Assembly: GCA_022844165.1 (NCBI GenBank)
Contig: JALHMH010000007.1
Span: 1-64,000 of the forward strand
DNA: 64,000 bases
Source of the DNA: Lysobacterales bacterium
GTDB lineage: Bacteria > Pseudomonadota > Gammaproteobacteria > Xanthomonadales > SZUA-5
Direction of reading: 5' to 3'
Program-made: the position numbers and the translations under genes
The notes under the pieces: model-generated
The model's input: the letters and a program-made list of their open reading frames with translations, nothing else
Told to the model about the DNA's origin: nothing
Database searches by the model: none
Shown: positions 58,207 to 64,000 of the stretch, one piece after another
Numbering within the stretch: position 1 is the first letter of the stretch
Layout of the letters: the number at the start of each line of letters is the position of its first letter

Positions 58207-61200
58207 TCAAGCGGCTGCGGCGTGCGCGCGCGGTTCTGGAACAGCGCCGCACTCTTCGATGGCGGGGGGTAGCAGCTTGTACATCACCGGCGTCACCAAC
58301 CGCGCCAATATCGTCGATGAAATCAGCCCGCCGATAATCACCCAGGCCATCGGCGAATACATGCCGACCTGTTGAATCGCCAGCGGCAGCAGGCCGCCGA
58401 TGGCTGTCGCGCTGGTCAGCAATATCGGCAAGAAGCGGATCTCTCCGGCCTGCTCAACGGCTTCGTCGATCGATAGACCTTGCGCGCGCAGCTGGTTGGT
58501 AAAATCGACCAGCAATATCGAGTTTTTGATCTCGATTCCAACCAGCGCGATGAACCCGATCATCGCCACAAACGACAAGCTGTAACCCGTGAGAAACAGC
58601 GCTACCAATCCACCCAGTACACCCAGCGGAATGACCGTGGCCACGATCAGCGTCGAGCGGAAGCTGCCGAATTCGAGTACCAGTACGGCGAGGATTCCGA
58701 AGAGCGCAACCAACATCGCAGCGCCCAGGCCCTGAAAACTCTCCTGTCGACTTTCAACTTCGCCTGCTGCCTGATAGCGATACCCGCGTGGCCAGTCCAT
58801 CTCGTCCAGCTTCGCCAGCACATCGCGCGTTACTTTATCGGTGTTGAATCCCGTTTGCGTGAACGCACTCAGGATCACAGTGCGCTCGCGATTGAAGCGC
58901 TGGATCTGCGGCGGCGAGCGATCGAACTCCAGTTTCGCCAACTGCGAACTGGGCAGAAGTTCACCCGAGAGCGACGGAATGCGCACCTGATCGAGTTGCT
59001 CCAACGTGGGGCGACCATCAATCGGCGTACGCACGACGATGTCATAGCTCTCGCCATCGCGATCGCGATATTGCCCTGCGGTGACGCCGCTGACCGCGAG
59101 GCGCACGGCACGATCGAACTCGGCGCTGGGTACGCCGAGCAGGCCCGCCTTTTCGGCGTCCAGCTGCAGTTTGAGGTCCGTTCGATCGAGTTTTAGCGGA
59201 TTGTCGACATCGCGAGTGCCGGGTGTTGCCTTGACGATCGTCTCCACCTCTCCGGCCAGACGCTTGAGCACATCGAGATCGCTACCAAGGACGCGAATCG
59301 CGATGGGCGCGTCGATCGGCGGGCCGTTCTCGAACTCTTTGATGACGATGCGTGCGTTCGGGTATTCGCCGAACTTTGCGCGCAGCCCATCAATGAAAGC
59401 CGGCGTCTCATCCGGGTCATAACGTTTCACCTGCGCATAAACTTCCGCGAGGTTGGACGCTTGTTCCTGCGGAATGATGTTGTAGTAGATCTTGGGATTA
59501 CCCTTGCCGAGGTTGCTGAACCACAGATCGATTTCTTCGCTCGCAGCCAGTTCTTCCTCGACGAAACGCAGCGCGCGGTCGGTCTCTTCGAGGCTCGAAC
59601 CGTTGGGCGCGGTGATGGTGATCATGAACTGCGGCGTATCCGCTTTCGGGAACAAGCTAAAGCCGACGACCGGTAACAAGCCCAAGGAGAGCACGAACAA
59701 ACCAAGCGCACCGACGACCGTCAGTTTCGGGTGAGCCAGGGACCAGTGCAGCAGCGGTCGATAAAAAGTGTGGATGCCGCGCATCACCGCTTGCAGCGCC
59801 GCGTTGCCCTCCTTTGGTTCGTGGCGCGACAGAATTCGCGATGCGAGAAACGGGATGATGGTCAACGCAACGAGCAGCGAGGCGAGCACGGTAAAGACGA
59901 CAGCCATCGGCAGAACGCGGATGAACTGCCCGGCCGTGCCCGGCAATGCCAGCAGCGGCAGGAACGCAAAGATCAGCGTTCCCGTGCAGCCCAGTATCGC
60001 AACCAGGATTTGCTGCGTGGCTTTGAGAGCAGCTTCCTCGCGGCTATAGCCATCGCGCAAAAAACGCGAAATGTTTTCCACAACCACGATCGAATCGTCG
60101 ACCAACAGCCCCAGCGCCACCACGAAGCCGGCGATCGACAGCTGATTGAGCGAGTAGCCGATCGCGTACAAACCAGCAAGGCCGATGGCCAGCGACAATG
60201 GAATCGAGATCATCACCAGGCTCGCGGCACGAAGGCCCAGCGGCAGCAGCGTGATCGACACGAGGCCAATGGCAATCACGAAATCCAGGCCGAGGCGATT
60301 GAGTCGATTTTCGACGTTCGTGCTTTGCCGAAAGCCGCGTTCGAGCCTGATCCGAGCTGGAAGATCCTTTTCGAATCGGTCGAGCGCGCGATCAATGCGC
60401 TCCTGCATATCAAAGATATTGACACCGTCTTTCTGGTTTGCCGTAACGAACACCGCGCGCTGCCCGGAGAATCGCCCCAGATAACGTTGTTCTGCGGTAT
60501 CCCACTTCACGCTGGCGATGTCCTGCACGCGTATCGTGCGTCCTTCCGAGGAATTGACCACCGTTGAGCGGACTTGATCGAGCGAGGCGTAGGCGCCGGA
60601 GGTTTTCAGTGCGAACGAACGCGCGCCGATATCGATGCTGCCGGCAGGAATGTTGGCGTTATCGCTCTGTACGGCTTGAATGACTTGCCCCGGCGTCAGA
60701 CCAAGCTCAGCGATGCGCTTAAGATCCAGCGCCACGCGCAGTTCGCGCTCGGGATAAGCCCAGCTCTCTGCGGTGCGAATGCCGGGAAGCGTCTTCAACA
60801 GATCTTTGAGTTCGCGTGCGAGCGTCTCCAGCTCTGCGTATGGCGCGTCGTCGCTGACCACCGCCATCTGTACGATATTGACGAGGCCTGGATTGATTTT
60901 CTTGATTTCGAGCGTGACGATTTCCGCTGGCAACTCTGGGCGCAGTGCGTTGACTTCGCGCAAGACCTCCTCGTATTTGCGATCCACATCAATGCCGGCA
61001 ATGAACTCAGGCACGATCACCACGACGCCGTCGGCACTCGTTGAGTTCATCAGCTTGATGTCGTCGAGCTCCGCGAGTCGATCTTCGATCGGTTTGGCGA
61101 CGAGTCGCTCCATCTCCACCGGATCGCCGCCGGGCAGGATGGCCGAAATGACAAACGCCGGAATCGGAAAGTACGGATCTTCGGAACGCGCAATCGAGTT

Positions 61201-61287
61201 GAAACTGTAAATGCCGATAGCCACCAGGCCGAAAAACGCGATCAGCGTGAAGGGGTAGCGCTTGATGGGAAATTCGAGGAGGCTCAT
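58207..61287 (-). CDS. RND efflux permease (AcrB family)
   Basis: GLLVDDSIVVVENI, KNSILLVDF and RFLPILLT motifs; 1026 aa. Confidence 0.95.
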   Translation of the reverse strand: MSLLEFPIKRYPFTLIAFFGLVAIGIYSFNSIARSEDPYFPIPAFVISAILPGGDPVEMERLVAKPIEDRLAELDDIKLMNSTSADGVVVIVPEFIAGIDVDRKYEEVLREVNALRPELPAEIVTLEIKKINPGLVNIVQMAVVSDDAPYAELETLARELKDLLKTLPGIRTAESWAYPERELRVALDLKRIAELGLTPGQVIQAVQSDNANIPAGSIDIGARSFALKTSGAYASLDQVRSTVVNSSEGRTIRVQDIASVKWDTAEQRYLGRFSGQRAVFVTANQKDGVNIFDMQERIDRALDRFEKDLPARIRLERGFRQSTNVENRLNRLGLDFVIAIGLVSITLLPLGLRAASLVMISIPLSLAIGLAGLYAIGYSLNQLSIAGFVVALGLLVDDSIVVVENISRFLRDGYSREEAALKATQQILVAILGCTGTLIFAFLPLLALPGTAGQFIRVLPMAVVFTVLASLLVALTIIPFLASRILSRHEPKEGNAALQAVMRGIHTFYRPLLHWSLAHPKLTVVGALGLFVLSLGLLPVVGFSLFPKADTPQFMITITAPNGSSLEETDRALRFVEEELAASEEIDLWFSNLGKGNPKIYYNIIPQEQASNLAEVYAQVKRYDPDETPAFIDGLRAKFGEYPNARIVIKEFENGPPIDAPIAIRVLGSDLDVLKRLAGEVETIVKATPGTRDVDNPLKLDRTDLKLQLDAEKAGLLGVPSAEFDRAVRLAVSGVTAGQYRDRDGESYDIVVRTPIDGRPTLEQLDQVRIPSLSGELLPSSQLAKLEFDRSPPQIQRFNRERTVILSAFTQTGFNTDKVTRDVLAKLDEMDWPRGYRYQAAGEVESRQESFQGLGAAMLVALFGILAVLVLEFGSFRSTLIVATVIPLGVLGGLVALFLTGYSLSFVAMIGFIALVGIEIKNSILLVDFTNQLRAQGLSIDEAVEQAGEIRFLPILLTSATAIGGLLPLAIQQVGMYSPMAWVIIGGLISSTILARLVTPVMYKLLPPAIEECGAVPEPRAHAAAA

Positions 61288-61326
61288 GGTGTTTTTTGGT
61301 TCGGGTTGCGGGCGGGTGGCAGACGG

Positions 61327-62358
61327 CTACTTCAAAATGCGGACTCGCTTCCCATCCTCCACATAGGCCGCGCCATCCGTGACCACACGGGTGCCCTCGT
61401 CGACACCACTGTTGAGCGCAATCAGGTCGCCGTCGATGAATGCGATCTCGATCGGCGTTCGTTTGACCACTTCGCCTTCGACCACGAAAACGCTGGCGCG
61501 GTCGCGATCGCCTTCGATAACCGATGCGATCGGGATGCGCACAAGACGACCCGCGCTGGCGCTGGCCGGCACCAGACTAACGCGACCAACAAGACCGCTT
61601 CGCAAGCTCTTGTGATGACTGGCAACCGCCAGCTCGACATCGAACAGGCCGCTCTTGGGATCTGCGGCGGCAGGCAATCGTGTGACTTTGGCCTCGACGT
61701 CCTCGCCAGGCAGCGCATCGAAGCGGAGGCGCGCAACGTCACCGAATGCCACTTGCACGACGTCGCGATCCGAAAGGCTGACGTTCATGACGAACCCGGC
61801 TTCAGCGCTGCCGACGATCAGAACCGGCGCGCCAGGCGCGACGGTCTCGCTGTTCTCCGCCAACTTGCGCAGCACGACGCCATTGCCGGGCGCAGAAATG
61901 ATGGCAGTGCTCTTGTTGAAACGTGTTGCCTTGAGGCTCTGGGCGGCCATTTCCCGCTGCGTGCGCAAATCTTGCAATGCTTCCAGCGGAATCACCTGTT
62001 CCTGAAATAGCCGCTCACCGCGCTCCAAATCGCGTTGTGCTTTCGCCAGCATCTGCTGTGTTTGTTCCACCTGGCTGCCAATTTCGGCGAGTTCCAGCTC
62101 GGCAAGCACCTGGCCCTTGCTCACCGGCTGCCCTTCGTCGACCAGAATTTTGGCGATCACACCGCCGATCTTGAATGCAAGCCGGGTTTCATCCTTGTAG
62201 CGAAGTACGCCGCTGGCGCGAATCGTGGGTGCCGCCGGACCGCTGGTGGCACTGGCGACGCGCACCGAAAGCACGCGCTCCGATTCGGTTTGCACGGCAT
62301 TGCCGTTGCTGCATCCGGCCAGAACGGCGGCCGCGAGCATCGTCAGTATGCGGATCAT
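61327..62358 (-). CDS. RND periplasmic adaptor lipoprotein
   Basis: Lipobox LAGC; VDEGQPVSKGQVLA and ISAPGNG motifs. Confidence 0.92.
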   Translation of the reverse strand: MIRILTMLAAAVLAGCSNGNAVQTESERVLSVRVASATSGPAAPTIRASGVLRYKDETRLAFKIGGVIAKILVDEGQPVSKGQVLAELELAEIGSQVEQTQQMLAKAQRDLERGERLFQEQVIPLEALQDLRTQREMAAQSLKATRFNKSTAIISAPGNGVVLRKLAENSETVAPGAPVLIVGSAEAGFVMNVSLSDRDVVQVAFGDVARLRFDALPGEDVEAKVTRLPAAADPKSGLFDVELAVASHHKSLRSGLVGRVSLVPASASAGRLVRIPIASVIEGDRDRASVFVVEGEVVKRTPIEIAFIDGDLIALNSGVDEGTRVVTDGAAYVEDGKRVRILK

Positions 62359-63779
62359 GGTTGCGCTCCTTGCGTGGGTATGGCCAGCGCGGCCGATAAC
62401 TCGGCCAACCGCACCAGCGCAGAAAATCGGGTCAGGTTATCGTTGAGTTCGGCGCTGGTGAGCGCTGTGCGTGCGTCGATGAATTCCACCTGGGCAATGG
62501 AGCCCGCGTCGCGCTTCTTGCTGGCGATGCGAAATCCCTCTTCGGCGGCAATTCGTCGCGCATTGGCCGTGTCCAGCGAGCGCAGTGCCGTGCGCAGCCG
62601 ATCGGCGGCCTGGCGCACATCCAGCGCGATCCGATTGGCGAGGTCCTGTCGCTCAGTTTCCGCCGCTTCCAATTGCGCAGCCGCCGCTGATACGGCCGCG
62701 TGGCGTGCTCCGAAGTCGAAGACCGTCCAGTTCAACACCACCGAGGCGATCGCATAGTTCTCGCCGCTGCCGAATCCATAGCTCTCACCCTGGATGCCCG
62801 CATCCATCGCGAACGCCAACGTTGGCTTATAGGCTGCACGCTGCACATCGAGCCGGGCTTGCGAAGCGCGCGTGGCTGCATCCAGTTGCCGTAGTTCGTC
62901 GCGCTGCGTAAGACCCTTGGCTTCGAAGCGCGCATTGTCTGTTGCATCCAGGGCGCTGGCGAGCGAGCCGAGCGTTCGGCGTGCCAGGGCACCGGGCTCG
63001 GGCGTGGCAACTCGCTCGATCGTGTGGTCCAGGTCGCGATTCAACAGGAAGTTCAGATAGCTCTGCGCCAGTTCGAGCTGATTGGTCGCATCGAACGTCT
63101 GCTGTTCGACCGCGAGCACCTCGGCTTTGGCCCGCAGGACCTGATCGAGCGTCACTTTACCGTTGTCGAACAGGACCTGGTTCACGCGCTGGTTTTCGAC
63201 CAGCAGCGTCGCGCTGGCTTCGACAATCTGAATTGCTTCGCAGGCGCTCAGAAAATCCAGATAGGCAACTTCGACATCGCGGTCGAGGCGCCTCGCAAGT
63301 GCATCCCGTCCAGCATCCGCGACCTCCACACCCGCGCGCGCAGTGCGAATCCCGGCGCCGATCGCGGGTGCGTAAATCGGTTGCGACAGACTGAGTCTGG
63401 TGTCCTGCTCACGCTCGCGCAAGAACGCAATCTCCTGGTTGGCGATGTCGCTGAAGCGCGCCGCCTGGCCCTGCGCACGCAGCAGCTCATTGAGCGTTCG
63501 GTATGCGGGATTGACCAGATCGCCAACGGGCAATGATTGAACGCGACCGCCTCGTGCGCGCGAGTAGCGTGCGCTGAGCGACACGATCGGACGAAACCCA
63601 GCCTGAGCCTGATCGAGTGCGGCGCTGGCTGCGGCGACGTCCAGTTGTGCCCCGCGCAGCGCCAGATTGCTCGCGCGAGCGTCTGCTTGTAGCGCTGCGA
63701 TCGTGCTCTCATAGTCGACCGCCTGGGCAGCGTTGGTCGCGAAAAAAAGGACCGCAATAAGTTTTCGGCAAGTTGTCAT
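62355..63779 (-). CDS. TolC-family outer-membrane efflux protein
   Basis: Two OEP repeats; upstream of the adaptor and RND genes with an ATGA overlap. Confidence 0.9.
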   Translation of the reverse strand: MTTCRKLIAVLFFATNAAQAVDYESTIAALQADARASNLALRGAQLDVAAASAALDQAQAGFRPIVSLSARYSRARGGRVQSLPVGDLVNPAYRTLNELLRAQGQAARFSDIANQEIAFLREREQDTRLSLSQPIYAPAIGAGIRTARAGVEVADAGRDALARRLDRDVEVAYLDFLSACEAIQIVEASATLLVENQRVNQVLFDNGKVTLDQVLRAKAEVLAVEQQTFDATNQLELAQSYLNFLLNRDLDHTIERVATPEPGALARRTLGSLASALDATDNARFEAKGLTQRDELRQLDAATRASQARLDVQRAAYKPTLAFAMDAGIQGESYGFGSGENYAIASVVLNWTVFDFGARHAAVSAAAAQLEAAETERQDLANRIALDVRQAADRLRTALRSLDTANARRIAAEEGFRIASKKRDAGSIAQVEFIDARTALTSAELNDNLTRFSALVRLAELSAALAIPTQGAQP

Positions 63780-63797
63780 GGTTTCGTTAAACGTGCA

Positions 63798-63840
63798 ATC
63801 GTTAGACAGTTGTCATTTCTTGGTCAAATAAAAGTGTCAA
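63798..63840 (-). promoter_or_regulatory. Putative sigma70 promoter of the tolC operon with a palindromic operator in the spacer
   Basis: Minus strand TTGACC-17 nt-TAACGAT; the spacer contains GACA-AC-TGTC; an extra TTGACA lies upstream. Confidence 0.5.
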
Positions 63841-64000
63841 TCGAGCACGGCGCCGGGCGCCATTCCGAGTCCGGCCAGCCGCAGGGCCTGTTCGACCAGT
63901 TGCTGCGAACTGATGCCGTCGGCGGCGAGCATGTTCGCTTTGGTCGCGGCGATTTGAATGATCCCGTGCATGAAACCCCACAGCGTCATTGCCGTCAGAT
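63837..64000 (-). CDS. TetR-family regulator, C-terminal fragment (truncated by the window edge)
   Basis: Manual translation ..LTAMTLWGFMHGIIQIAATK..LVEQALRL..*, a WHG-like TetR C-terminus upstream of the efflux operon. Confidence 0.65.
   Translation of the reverse strand, partial: LTAMTLWGFMHGIIQIAATKANMLAADGISSQQLVEQALRLAGLGMAPGAVLD

Noticed and set aside
1-64000. CRISPR arrays, IS elements, integrases, prophage or defence islands
   Set aside because: By eye I found no regularly spaced repeats, no transposase/integrase/phage motifs and no duplicated tRNA-Ser 3' end; weak remnants could have been missed

Overview
GC-rich, gene-dense chromosomal window from a gammaproteobacterium. Gene content and order point to Xanthomonadales/Lysobacterales; this is an inference, not a search result. 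Most of it is core housekeeping: icd (partial), pilH, uvrB, tkt, tamA/tamB, yebC, ahcY with a SAH riboswitch, thiD, fbp, a MacAB-like ABC system, tRNA-Ser(GGA), SRP RNA, rep, gcvH, queC, zapE, rlmD, tyrA, an M13 peptidase, hemF, an RluA-family synthase and an RND efflux operon with a partial TetR gene. I saw no CRISPR array, IS element, integrase or prophage by eye. The most interesting signals are these. (1) An intact secreted class D beta-lactamase homologue whose catalytic motifs are all replaced (STFK->ETYL, KTG->MPG), probably a pseudoenzyme. (2) A kinase-less receiver-Hpt protein resembling the BarA/GacS C-terminus, divergent from rlmD where barA sits in E. coli. (3) A translationally coupled ECF sigma factor and Ser/Thr kinase-TPR pair. 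(4) Two or three secreted proteins with IPTL-CTERM-like tails, plus one with an N-terminal 'DAVFANGFE' motif. (5) queC coupled to an MFS transporter. (6) An amidase and two PuuE-like deacetylases split by an inserted gene. (7) A tandem pair of Cys-patterned membrane-anchored paralogues. All assignments come from motif recognition by eye.
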